NCBI GenBank assembly: GCA_030141605.1
Contig: JAQGDQ010001040.1
Coordinates: forward strand, 1 to 21,511
Direction of reading: 5' to 3'
DNA length: 21,511 nt
Source: Tubiluchus corallicola
Taxonomy: Eukaryota; Animalia; Priapulida
Below, one piece after another: positions 1-10,474 of this stretch. Under the pieces are notes generated by a model. The model was not told the DNA's origin. It saw only the letters and a list, made by a program, of their open reading frames with translations, and did not search any database. Numbering within the stretch: position 1 is the first letter of the stretch; every line of letters begins with the position of its first letter. The translations under genes and the position numbers were made by a program.

Positions 1-9
1 CTAGTTATT

Positions 10-922
10 CCAATATGAACGAATCTCTAGCCAATTTTAAGTCCGCTCTGCCAGTCAACATGTCTCTAGCCAACTTCAAGTCCACTCCACCAATCAACGA
101 ATCTCTAGCCGATTTCAAATCCACTCCACCAATGAACGAATCTCTAGCCAATATCAGGTCTACTCAAAGTATACATGTCTCTAGCCAATTTCAAGTCCAC
201 TACGCCAGTCAACATGTCTCTAGCCAACTTCAAGTCCACTACGCCAGTCAACATGTCTCTAGCCTATTTCAAGTCCACTATGCCAGTCAAAATGTCTCTA
301 GCCAATATCAGGTCTACTCCGCCAGTGTATATATCTCTAGCCAATTTCAAGTCCACTACGCCAGTCAACATGTCTCTAGCCTATTTCAAGTCCACTACGC
401 CAGTCAAAATGTCTCTAGCCAGTATCAGGTCTACTCCGCCAGTGTACATATCTCTAGCCAATTTCAAGTCCACTACGCCAGTCAACATGTCTCTAGCCTA
501 TTTCAAGTCCACTACGCCAGTCAAAATGTCTCTAGCCAGTATCAGGTCTACTCCACCAGTGTACATATCTCTAGCCAATTTCAAGTCCACTACGCCAGTC
601 AACATGTCTCTAGCCAACTTCAAGTCCACTACGCCAGTCAACATGTCTTTAGCCATCTTCAAGTCCACTATGCCAGTTAACATGTCTTTAGCCATCTTCA
701 AGTCCACTATACCAGTTAACATGGCTTTAGCCATCTTCAAGTCCACTCCACCAATCAACGAATCTCTAGCCAATTTCAAATCCACTCCACCAATCAACGA
801 ATCTCTAGCCAATTTCAAGTCCACTACGTCAGTCAACATGTCTCTAGCCAACCTCAAGTCCACTCCACCAATCACCAAATCTCTAGCCAATTTCAAGTCC
901 ACTCGGCCAGTGAACATCTCTA
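10..922. repeat. 39-bp minisatellite, about 23 copies (TCTCTAGCCAATTTCAAGTCCACTACGCCAGTCAACATG)
   Basis: Direct 39-bp periodicity, seen as a 13-aa period in the three overlapping ORFs. One 37-bp unit near 141-177 shifts frame. Confidence 0.95.
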
Positions 923-949
923 GTTTTATTTCCCATCTACTAATCTACA

Positions 950-1066
950 TTTGGTGGTGTTGGTGTTGGTGTTGGTGGTGTTTGTTGTTGTTGTTGTTGC
1001 TGCTGCTGCTGTTGTTGTTAACGCTGCTGCTGTTGCTGCTGCTGCTGCAGTTGTTGTTGCTGCTGG
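950..1066. repeat. Compound microsatellite (TGG/TGGTGT)n-(TTG)n-(CTG)n
   Basis: Directly visible; it produces the poly-Leu and poly-Ser/Asn tracts in the ORF track. Confidence 0.95.
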
Positions 1067-1952
1067 TACAACGACTGCTTGCACAATGGGAATACATAGG
1101 CGCTACTGAGAACCTACCTATGATGATTCTGCTGCAGGTGGAGAATAATAACAATTATTGTCAACAAGTCTGATAAGTCGTCAATAGTCAACAATAATGA
1201 TTATTGTCAAATTATGGCAACAAGTCTTGTCTTTAAATCGGTTTAAAGTTTTTATATAGTCTAATAACCCGAATACTTTTGAGCAAAGAGAGAATATCGT
1301 TTCTTTCTTGGAATAAAACTTTAAATTTTACGACATTGATGTGTTTTACCTTTCTTTGTATTTATAAAATGACAGGTCAAAGTTTATTACATGCCAATGG
1401 GGTTATTCAAGAACAGAGTTACCACGCAATTCAGAAGTTGTGTCCAAAGAGCTCTTACATACGCGCTGATAAATTCATTGCTTCAAAGGCTTCATTCTCA
1501 AGTAGAAGACGTCACACAACCGCTGTACATGAGAGACGTACGTATTGTGATTCGCAGTTGCGTTAGATTGCATTTGGTTTAACGGCTCATAAACCTTGAT
1601 AGATACAATTTATTCAGTTCTGCATGCCTGGTCATCATTAGTGACTTGTCGTCCACAAGGCGACGGAATAACAAAATTTCACATCAAACAGAATTCTCGA
1701 GGCAATTATTAGATCAAGCAGCTAATGGCATACATCAAACCCCTATTCACATCACTATGTACATAGTAATCGGATGTGGTTACATGACCGGACTGTATAT
1801 TAAGCCGAAATTAAATTTTGCCATTGTCGTCTTACGTTACCGTTGACAAACATCTTGAATTGTACGGTGAATAATTTATATTAATTGGTGATTCGCGCTG
1901 TATTTTCAAAAATTTCTTTTTCTTCGTTGAACGCATAAACCGCAGGAGTTAA

Positions 1953-2536
1953 AGGACAAGAAAAGGGGTACCTGAAGTAGGTTTCAGAAAAATCGCCTTA
2001 AAAAATTATATTACTTTATAGCAATTTTATGCGTATATCGTACTCGCACTGAAAGGAATTTCCGTTTGTTCTCATTTTAAATCTCCCGCAATACTGTTCC
2101 GTAGTCGCCATTACATGACGTCATGCACGAAACGTAAATGAAGGGAAGAGAAAGCCATGTTAAATTATATCTCAAAAGACTTTCCGTGCAAATCTATATT
2201 ACTTAGATTTTCGCTTACCTGCTACAGAGATTTATGTAACTGCTTAATCTTATTGACAAGATACAGTAATTTTAAATTTTATTTAGTTAGTGACTAGTGC
2301 GCTACGAATGCTCTGATTATGTTTTCAAACTTTACAAAATGTTATCTAAACTTGTTTCAAATGACCTGTCGTGAAAATGGCTGCGTCCAACGGTCATCGC
2401 GGGAGTTTAAATTTACATGTTTTATACAGCGTGACTGCCGATTGAAGTCCTGCACGCAAAAAGCCATGATGTAAGTGATATAAAATTTCAAAACGAATTT
2501 TTTAAGCTTTATGTTTATGAAGGGTTTTCTTGTGCT
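1953..2536 (+). mobile_element. Non-autonomous DNA transposon (MITE-like), Kolobok-type, family A copy 1
   Basis: TTAA at 1949-1952 and 2537-2540. TIR AGGACAAGAAAA / TTTTCTTGTGCT (11/12). A near-colinear second copy lies at 17553-18235. TTAA TSD with RR..YY termini is the Kolobok signature (piggyBac has YY..RR ends). Confidence 0.85.
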
Positions 2537-2585
2537 TTAAAGTTCATAATCAAATTAATCAAACGACTAAAAAAGTAAAGCCATC

Positions 2586-2784
2586 ATTTATTTATCATCC
2601 TCGTCTAACTGAGGAGATTAGCATTAACGGCTATTTAGCGACTGTCTAACAACAATACAGGTAAGGACGCAATGCACAACATGTAACATAGAGGATGTAT
2701 GTCCTGGCGTCGGCAGCTGCTAGACTCGAACTCAGAACTCAAGTGGTTGCAATCCCAAATCTAGACCACTTGGCTACTCAACCC
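2586..2784 (-). mobile_element. tRNA-derived SINE (degenerate)
   Basis: On the minus strand: A box TAGCCAAGTGGT (2776-2765), B box GTTCGAGTC (2731-2723), a non-tRNA body and an AAATAAAT-like tail. No acceptor stem closes and no clear TSD. Confidence 0.65.
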
Positions 2785-3521
2785 AGGACAGTTTGCCATT
2801 TAAATGTTTTTGTGGTAAAAATGCCTCGATTTTACAATTCGTAAAACAAAACATATCTGCACTACTGAACAAGGAGCATAGTAAACAAAAATTACAAATT
2901 TATTGCAAATATATTCGATTCAAGAGCAAATACTGAGTATCGTTCACGTTTTCTGTTTAAGAAGGCAACATTAAAGGTTAGGCTGTAAAATTATATTGGA
3001 CTGCCTTTAATCGAGTTTATTAAACTAACAACAAGGGCCTTTCTAACCTACGTAAACTTATATTCTTTATCTTTTAGGATGTTTATAAAAGATTTAATAA
3101 ACACAAACTGTTGGCGTTTATGCAATTTGACACTTTATCGCTAAGCAAACTAAACACAAGCGGTTGTATTTTACAGCAATCAAAGAGCATGATAGACGGC
3201 GCTACTAGTGCAACAGACGCTGTGATTGAGGGACCTGATAAACAGCATCTATAAAGATACACAGTATTTTAATAAAGTTCAAATGTCTATATACGTCTGT
3301 AACGCAAAACTTTTATTTATGCGTATTAGTACTGAATTTGACAAATTCCCAGAAGTTGTTTCGATGCTGCCAGAAAAGAAAAAACACGAAGACGCAAGTT
3401 TCTTTTAGTCGTAGTGGAAGCACTGCAAGGAGATGACAGAGTCATAATGGCTGTGCGTTTGAAAATGCTAAACTCAAATTTTGTTGTTGTTGTAGAGAAA
3501 GTTGTTGCAACTGAATGTGAA

Positions 3522-4040
3522 AGGAAAACGAAAAAAAATGCTCTAAAATATTGAAAATTACAATGGCGTTTTTTTTAAATTAAAACTTAGAATAAATAAT
3601 AATTACCTCGGATACTCAAATTTTGTAAAACTTTCAAAGCTTTCGGCTCAGTGAATCTACCAAGATTGGCAACGGCGCCTTTTTGTCACGTGCGCGTGGC
3701 CGACAAATAGAAGGCGGTACCGTGATAACCATGATCATGAACTGCAGGGTTAGTTTCTGACATCATGTGACGTAGAGCCCATTTTCGTGACATCACGCGT
3801 TTAAGCAGCACTGTAACACTTACGCAACCGTGCTTGACGCGCAAGGAAAGATGTCTAGCATTGCAGGTTAGTGGTTAGTTTCTGACATAAGCAATAGCTG
3901 TGTTCGGTTGCCGTTAATTAACTTTCTAAGCTAATTATTCAAATTTAAGAAACAATTGTTAACTTTTATAGGCAAGAAAATGTGTATTTTGGACAGTAAA
4001 TTAAAATGAGATTGAGTCTAAAGAATCGTCCGGTTTTCCT
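3522..4040 (+). mobile_element. Non-autonomous DNA transposon, Kolobok-type, family C (TGAA TSD)
   Basis: Perfect 8-bp TIR AGGAAAAC (3522-3529) / GTTTTCCT (4033-4040), flanked by TGAA at 3518-3521 and 4041-4044. Shares blocks with family B (TAAAATATTGAAA; GCCGTTAATTAA..TAAGCTA; AATCGTC..TTCCT end). Confidence 0.7.
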
Positions 4041-4399
4041 TGAATGTAATGATCAGTAAAACTAGATTAGCACAGTCTACTAATAATTTTCAAGTGCAAA
4101 AACACTACACGGAATGGTAAGTTTCTCGTTCGCTCACGGCTCACTGTTCCTACCAAGAAGCGTGCAGTCCTGCATAATGTACTCTCAGGTTGGTCTCGAG
4201 GCACTTTAGATCAACGGGGAGTAAAAACAATCGATACAGATTATCGTGGTTCGCGGCTAATGGAACAGATGTCAGTGCTATGCTCATTAAGATTATAGAA
4301 ACAGACTCGCTTGAGTTAACAGAAACACTCATCCTAGCATGCAAATTCAAACTCCTTTTGCTTTCAATTAAGAATTTGATGTTAAATTAGTGTTCGGGC

Positions 4400-4512
4400 G
4401 AGTAAGGGAGAGGGGTGGTGTGAAGAAGGGGAGGACTAATGAGGAAGAGAGAGATGGAAAAAAAGAGGCGTGCGGAAAAGGAAGGAGAGCAAAGTAAAAG
4501 GGGGAAGGACGC
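4400..4512 (+). repeat. G/A-rich low-complexity tract
   Basis: Strongly purine-biased over about 110 bp. Confidence 0.75.
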
Positions 4513-5221
4513 CTCATTTAATCTAATATCCTGTTATGTATGCATGGATTTCTCTTCTGGGTGCACCAGAAATCGAATTGGGTGACTTGGGTCATTGGTT
4601 ATTATTAGTTCAGTGGAATAATTCAAAGGTAATATTAGTTCAGTTATTAAAAAAAAACAATTTAGTACAGGTGGACAGGTAATTCCGAATATCCACTGAT
4701 GTGCAATAACTGCTCCTTAAATGGTCCATTATAGACATCAGTGAACATACCAACCGTCCACTGTTTCTCGAGCAGAATACAGATGAATCTGTTGGCTTCA
4801 CAATATGGGATTGCCAAGCAAATGGATATTCATTATTCAGCCAGCCCTTGCCAATGATAAGCAGCAGCATGGCCAGGGACTTAGTACGACGACCACTGAA
4901 GCTGACTACTGTCATTATCAAAAGTGCATAAATAATTTACTTTCAAGTTGCAATAATTCAAATGGGCAATAATGTTCTAACGCTAACGTCGCCATTAGTA
5001 GACTAATGATACTTATTGGCAGCTAATTAAGTTTATTGACATATTCGCTAAATAAAAATACATTTCCAAAGCCCCAGACACCTTGAAATAAGCCCAAAAA
5101 CCCAACCATGTGTAAATCCATAAACGAGCCAGTTGAAATATATAAAAAAGAGGTTCTTTAGGACCTTATTGTCAAAGGAAAACACGGGTAGCATTAAATG
5201 GTTACTTCATGGGTGGACCCG

Positions 5222-5222
<1 letters not shown>

Positions 5223-5314
<92 letters not shown>
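5223..5314. repeat. (TTA)n microsatellite, about 30 units
   Basis: Perfect trinucleotide run. Confidence 0.98.
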
Positions 5315-5393
5315 TATGTACTTATTTATTTATTGATTCGTATAATTATAAGAAAGTACAATAACACAACATAGACACACAGACACACAGTAC

Positions 5394-5436
5394 ATTATTA
5401 TTATTATTATTACTATTATTATTATTATTATTATTA

Positions 5437-5473
<37 letters not shown>
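5394..5473. repeat. Interrupted (TTA)n microsatellite
   Basis: Directly visible. Confidence 0.95.
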
Positions 5474-5475
<2 letters not shown>

Positions 5476-5580
5476 ATTCATGTTACTTTAATGGCTAAGA
5501 ACTGAACGACCTCCTGAGGCAAAAGCAAGCTCCACTCATCTAAACATTATTATACTAATAGTTGCATTTCCGTAGAAAGA

Positions 5581-6421
5581 AATGCTTAATAAATGCTTTA
5601 GTAGCACCTGCATAATTCGCCTAAAATGCTTCTGATTTTTAGATTAAGCTGTAGCTTCCCACGTCCATTCTTAGTAAAAACATATAAAAGGCTGTATCTA
5701 GTAGGAAACCAGTATTCCGTAATGCTTAATAAGTGCTTTAGTAGCACGTGCATAATTTACCTAAAATGCTTCTGATATTCATTTTAAACTGTAGCCTTCC
5801 CACGTCCATTCTTAGTAAATACATATGAAAGACTGTATCTAGTAGGAAACCAGTATTCCGTGATGCTTAATAAGTGCTTTAGTAGCACGTGCATAATTTA
5901 CCTAAAATGCTTCTGGTTTTTAGATTAAACAGTAGCCTTCCCACGTCCATTCTTAATAAATACATATGAACGGCTGTATCTAGTAGGAAACCAGTATTCC
6001 GTGATGCTTAATAAGTGCTTTAGTAGCACCTGCATAATTTACCTAAAATGCTTCTGATTTTCAGATTAAACTGTAGCCTTTCCACGTCCATTCTTAGTAA
6101 ATACATATAAAAGACTGTATCTAGTAGGAAACCAGTATTCCGTGATGCTTAATAAGTGCTTTAGTAGCACCTGCATAATTTACCTAAAATGCTTCTGAAT
6201 TTCAGATTAAACTGTAGCCTTCCCACGTCCATTCTTAGTAAATACATATAGAAGACTGTATCTAGTAGGAAACCAGTATTCCGTGATGCTTAATAAGTGC
6301 TTTAGTAGCACCTGCATAATTTACCTAAAATGCTTCTGAATTTCAGATTAAACTGTAGCCTTCCCACGTCCATTCTTAGTAAATACATATAGAAGACTGT
6401 ATCTAGTAGGAAACCGATATC
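5581..6421. repeat. 141-bp tandem repeat, 6 copies
   Basis: Unit starts at 5581, 5721, 5862, 6003, 6144 and 6285. The last two units are essentially identical. Each unit has an internal hairpin GTGCT-TTAGT-AGCAC. Confidence 0.97.
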
Positions 6422-6474
6422 CCACGTACTCCTCTACCCGCACGTCACTATTCTCTGCACTGATTACAGTCATA

Positions 6475-7050
6475 ATGTGGCTTCTCGGAACAAGAACATT
6501 GCAAATCATTCCCCGAAAACTCTTTCATTCTCATTCTTCGACATGCGGGAATGTAAAATTTAATCCAGGTAAATCCGCGGTGATCCGAGGAAATTACGGG
6601 TTAGAGCTGGATTATTTCAAACAATCAAAATTGTTCAAAAGAGCAAAGCGAAACTGATCACAGAAGCTATGCACTCAGATTAGACAATGGTTAGTCTGTA
6701 ATTTTACATGAATACAACGTAAGTATAAAATACTTGATTTACAATAAAGCTAAATTAAATCCAGACTAGACATAAAAAGACTAATTGTAAACGACATATT
6801 ACAAACAAGTGTCAAGACTTTATCACAATCGAAAATTAAACTTTGTGAGAAAAATTGTAAACTCTTGCACATTGAGAATTCCAAAGCTATGCTATTATGT
6901 AAATAACAGTCAAGTAAATTTAAGATTTAAATATGGTTGTACTGTAGATCTAAACGAAAATGTAAAATTAAAGGTTAAGAACTCATTTAAAGATTATGTT
7001 TTAAGATATCTATTATAGCTCCTTACAACACTGTATAATGTAATATAATT
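6475..7050 (+). mobile_element. Degenerate non-LTR retrotransposon RT fragment (host of the RTE insertion)
   Basis: Interrupted translation gives, in order, VKFNPGKSAVI, SIKYLI and QVSRLY..FVRK..SC. These resemble late RT motifs (FNxxKS, KYLG) and the thumb region. Multiple stops are present. Confidence 0.4.
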
Positions 7051-7062
7051 ACAAGGGAACTA

Positions 7063-7890
7063 TGGTGCAGATCTAGAATGTGTTGAACATTTCCCGTACC
7101 TGGGCAGTCTACTCTCCGTCCAGTGCAACTCAACAAAGGATGTGGAAAATAGGCTTAGAGCTGCCCATGCCGCTTTCGGCAGACTCTCAACCCGTGTCTT
7201 TGGTAATGCTCATCTAACTCGTCGAACCAAGCTGATGGTCTATAATGCTATTGTCGTTTCCACACTCCTTTACGGATGTGAAACATGGACTCTGTACCGC
7301 CAAGACCTGAAAAAACTCGAACAGTTCCACCAGAAAAAGCTTCGCTCAGTTTCCAACATCAGATGGGATGATTATGTCACCAATAATTCAGTTCTCGAGA
7401 GATTCAACACCACTAGTATAGAAGCTATGATTACGAAACATCGGCTAAGGTGGGCAGGGCATGTAGCACGTATGGACGAAAACAGACTTCCCCGAAGGAT
7501 CCTCTTCAGTGAGCTGAGCACTGGAAAACGCCCCCTGGGCCGCCCTAGGCGCCGCTACAAGGACCAACTAAAAGAAACCCTGCAATCAGCAAGGATCGAT
7601 CCAGAAACCTGGGAACAGACAGCGCGGCAGCGAACAAAGTGGAGAAGAGTCATCCAGGAAGGGACTGAGCATTTTGAAACAACCAGACGAGCAGCAATTG
7701 AAGCCAAACGTCAACGAAGGAAAGAGAAGGCCCGTCAACCTCAGGTAACTCCCACCATCCAATGTGACAAATGCACCAGAATGTTTCGAGCAAGAATCGG
7801 GCTGTTAAGCCACCAACGTGCCCACCACAGCTAGTAACTTCGACCGAAAGGACAATACTCGGAAACGAGTGAAAGCCGACGACGACGACG
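7063..7890 (+). mobile_element. 5'-truncated RTE-clade LINE
   Basis: Perfect 12-bp TSD ACAAGGGAACTA (7051-7062, 7891-7902), (GAC)5 tail, short 3'UTR with hairpin ACTCG-GAAA-CGAGT (7857-7870), and an RTE-type ORF. Confidence 0.95.
7064..7834 (+). CDS. C-terminal fragment of RTE-clade reverse transcriptase ORF (RT motif 7, thumb, C2H2 zinc finger); no true start codon
   Basis: The frame is open from the truncation point: GADLECVEHFPYLGS..., STLLYGCETW, RLRWAGHVARM..RLP, R.LGRPRRRYKD, and CDKC-x12-HQRAH at the C-terminus. Confidence 0.9.
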   Translation, partial: GADLECVEHFPYLGSLLSVQCNSTKDVENRLRAAHAAFGRLSTRVFGNAHLTRRTKLMVYNAIVVSTLLYGCETWTLYRQDLKKLEQFHQKKLRSVSNIRWDDYVTNNSVLERFNTTSIEAMITKHRLRWAGHVARMDENRLPRRILFSELSTGKRPLGRPRRRYKDQLKETLQSARIDPETWEQTARQRTKWRRVIQEGTEHFETTRRAAIEAKRQRRKEKARQPQVTPTIQCDKCTRMFRARIGLLSHQRAHHS

Positions 7891-7902
7891 ACAAGGGAAC
7901 TA

Positions 7903-8042
7903 CAATGTATGGTTATTATAAAGTTGAATGTCTGTAGATATGTTACTTTACTAATATCACATTACCTGTTTTACTAACATCTTTATCTTTGTAAACTGTA
8001 TATTTTTATACGAAATAAACTCATAATAAAAAAAATAATAAT
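7903..8042 (+). mobile_element. Probable 3' UTR/tail of the older LINE split by the RTE insertion
   Basis: T-rich UTR-like sequence ending in AATAAA and an A/(AAT)-rich tail, continuing from 7050 across the TSD. Confidence 0.35.
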
Positions 8043-8285
8043 ACAATTCATACATAAACATAGAATAAAATTAAAAGAAAACAGTAAGTGTCCGTTATAC
8101 ACAAGAACATCGTCTTTATCTGCTAGCCTTTTAAAACTGGCTAAATTACATATACATGTATTACGAAATTCATTTCGGAAGAAATTCTACAATGAAGAAG
8201 CAGTATATTAGAAACCGTTTTTGCCAAAATTGGTTTTAATTATCAGAAGGTATAGCTTGCCATTAGCTGCAGCTCGAGTGCTCAC

Positions 8286-8370
8286 TTGGTGAATTTCCTC
8301 CAGGCTAACTAGTTTGTTCATTACAAAGACAGGAGTACAATTATTCATAATTTCCTCAGCTTCGAGAAAC
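8286..8370 (-). CDS. Candidate internal exon (FLEAEEIMNNCTPVFVMNKLVSLEEIHQ)
   Basis: Acceptor TTTATGCAG|G, donor CAA|GTGAGC and an open frame. Its phase-2 start matches the phase-2 end of candidate exon 9453-9533. Confidence 0.45.
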
Positions 8371-8671
8371 CTGCATAAACTCACATGGTAGCTCTCTAGA
8401 CCCGAATATCGTTGATCTCACTTCTGTGCAATTTATTTTCACAAAATTATATGAAATATAATGGACTGATTATATGTTTATTATCCGTAAGCGGCTCATT
8501 GCTCACAAAACCGCCGTGGTCGAGTAATCTGACATAATTTCGTGTGAGCATAGCGACAATTGTTTCAACTGTCAGAATCAATTAACTATTTTTACAATGA
8601 TTTTAATAAGAATTCGTACACATTCATCATTGCCAGATGTGTTCCACTCTGTCAGGAACGCAGTTATTTAA

Positions 8672-9198
8672 AGCAAAACCGCACACAATCTTAAACTGTA
8701 GGTCAAAACAATCTACTCTTTAAAATATTGAAAGGAAACATACTAATTTTTCAAAAATGACGTACGTGAAAGAATTATTGCCACACAAACACAATTTCGC
8801 GTTCGCGCCACTAGTTCTTCGATATTACGTGCACTTCATCATTCGCTAGTTAGAAGGGGACTAGTGCCTGCATTTTGGAAATGCATTGCACAAAAAAGGT
8901 GCTGTACCTCTCAGTTCAGATGTGTCTACTTTTAGTACAGCACACTGACTACATTACAGTAGCACTGTACTTCAATTTTCGCTTTCGCAAACATGTAAAA
9001 CACACTCGAATATTTTTGTTGCTGAAAATTATGTTAGCTTGTGATGTCATCACTAGTTCGGCTCGCCTGCCGTTAATTAAGTTTTTAAGCTATTAACTAA
9101 TTATCAGAAACGCTATTGCAGTATTAACTGCGTTAAAATGTATACTTTTTATCGGACTTGAAAATGGGGTAGTATATGAAAAATCGTCTTGTCTTCCT
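8672..9198 (+). mobile_element. Non-autonomous DNA transposon, Kolobok-type, family B copy 1
   Basis: TTAA at 8668-8671 and 9199-9202. AG..CT ends with an imperfect TIR (AGCAAAAC / GTCTTCCT). An inverted homologous copy lies at 19670-20273. Confidence 0.8.
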
Positions 9199-9452
9199 TT
9201 AAAACACTTTTCAGCTCCTTGAAAACATAAGATTTATGGAGAAAAATAACTGACTAACCCCATCTAATTACATAGCTTTACTTTATGGGCCTAACTATTT
9301 CACTTTTAAACTAATGTCAAATATGGAGGATTTCAAAACAGAGCACTTTCACCAAGATTTCAGGTATTTATTTTTCTTTTGGTCAGATGTAGCAACGCCA
9401 CAGCAGATCTGCTCATGTGATTAGCCGCCCTACTATGTCCTCAACATTTTAC

Positions 9453-9533
9453 CTTTCATCCTTCAAAAATTCCATCTTTGTGCAAGTTAAGCAAGCATGG
9501 ATTTTGGACGTTTGATCTATCATTTTCATGTTG
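9453..9533 (-). CDS. Candidate internal exon (NMKMIDQTSKIHACLTCTKMEFLKDER)
   Basis: Acceptor TTTTTTCATGACAG|C, donor AAG|GTAAAA and an open frame. The 5' boundary is uncertain. Confidence 0.35.
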
Positions 9534-9592
9534 CTGTCATGAAAAAACTTTGTAAGTGTCGCATTTATCTTTTGATTTCTCTCTACGTTCAC

Positions 9593-10474
9593 GTCATGTG
9601 AACAGACCTTTCTGACTTTGCCTATTCGAGTCACGTCATGTGAACAGACCTTTCTGACTTCGCCTTTTCGATTCAGCTCATGTGAACAGATCCTTTCTGA
9701 CTTTGCCTTTTCGATTCAGCTCATGTGAACAGATCCTTTCTAGCTTTGCCTTTTCTATTCAGGTCATGCGAACAGATCCTTTCTGACTTTGCCATTTCGA
9801 TTCAGGTCATGTGAACAGATCCTTTCTGACTTTGCCTTTTCCATGAAAGTCATGTGAACAGATCCTTTCTGACTTTGCCTCTTCCATTTACGTCATGTGA
9901 ACAGATCTTTTCTAACTTTGCCTTTTCTATTCAGGTCATGTGAACAGATCCCTTCTGACTTTGCCATTTCGATTCAGGTCATGTGTACAGATCCTTGCTG
10001 ATTTTGTCTTTTCCATTCACGGCATGTGAACAGATCCTTTCTGACTTTGCCTCTTCCATTTACGTCATGTGAACAGATCCTTTCTAACTTTGCCTTTTCT
10101 ATTCAGGTCATGTGAACAGATCCTTTCTGACTTTGCCTTTTCCAATCACGTCATGTGAACAGATCCTTTCTGATTTTGCCATTTCGATTCAGGTCATGTG
10201 AACAGATCTCTCTGGCTTTGGCTTTTCGATTCAGGTCATGTGAACAGATCCTTTCTGACTTTGCCTCTTCCATTTACGTCATGTGAACAGATCCTTTCTA
10301 ACTTTGCCTTTTCTATTCAGGTCACGTGAACAGATCCTTTCTGACTTTGCCTTTTCCAATCACGTCATGTGAACAGATCCTTTCTGATTTTGCCATTTCG
10401 ATTCAGGTCATGTGAACATCTCTCTGGCTTTGGCTTTTCGATTCAGGTCATGTGAACAGATCCTTTCTGACTTT
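9593..10474. repeat. 43-bp minisatellite, about 20.5 copies (GTCATGTGAACAGATCCTTTCTGACTTTGCCTTTTCGATTCAG)
   Basis: TCATGTG/TCATGCG recurs at 9594, 9636, 9678, 9721, 9764 and onward. The first two units are 42 bp and most others 43 bp. Confidence 0.97.

Noticed and set aside
945-1154. Poly-Q/S/N exon on the minus strand
   Set aside because: The poly-Q frame stops early (TAA) and there is no convincing exon structure; a simple microsatellite explains it.
15-1173. Long ORFs of 221, 332 and 139 aa
   Set aside because: They are products of a 39-bp unit divisible by 3. A 37-bp unit breaks the frame and the 332-aa ORF runs into a microsatellite giving poly-Leu.
1953-2536. piggyBac assignment for the TTAA-flanked elements
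   Set aside because: The ends are AG..CT rather than the CC..GG typical of piggyBac.
2700-2784. Functional tRNA gene
   Set aside because: A and B boxes are present but the acceptor and anticodon stems do not close; it is followed by a SINE-like body.
4640-4930. 93-aa minus ORF with a mirrored open plus frame
   Set aside because: No recognisable motif or consistent splice signals. It may be a decayed coding or TE fragment but cannot be supported.
5133-5336. Poly-Leu ORF
   Set aside because: Translation of the (TTA)n microsatellite.
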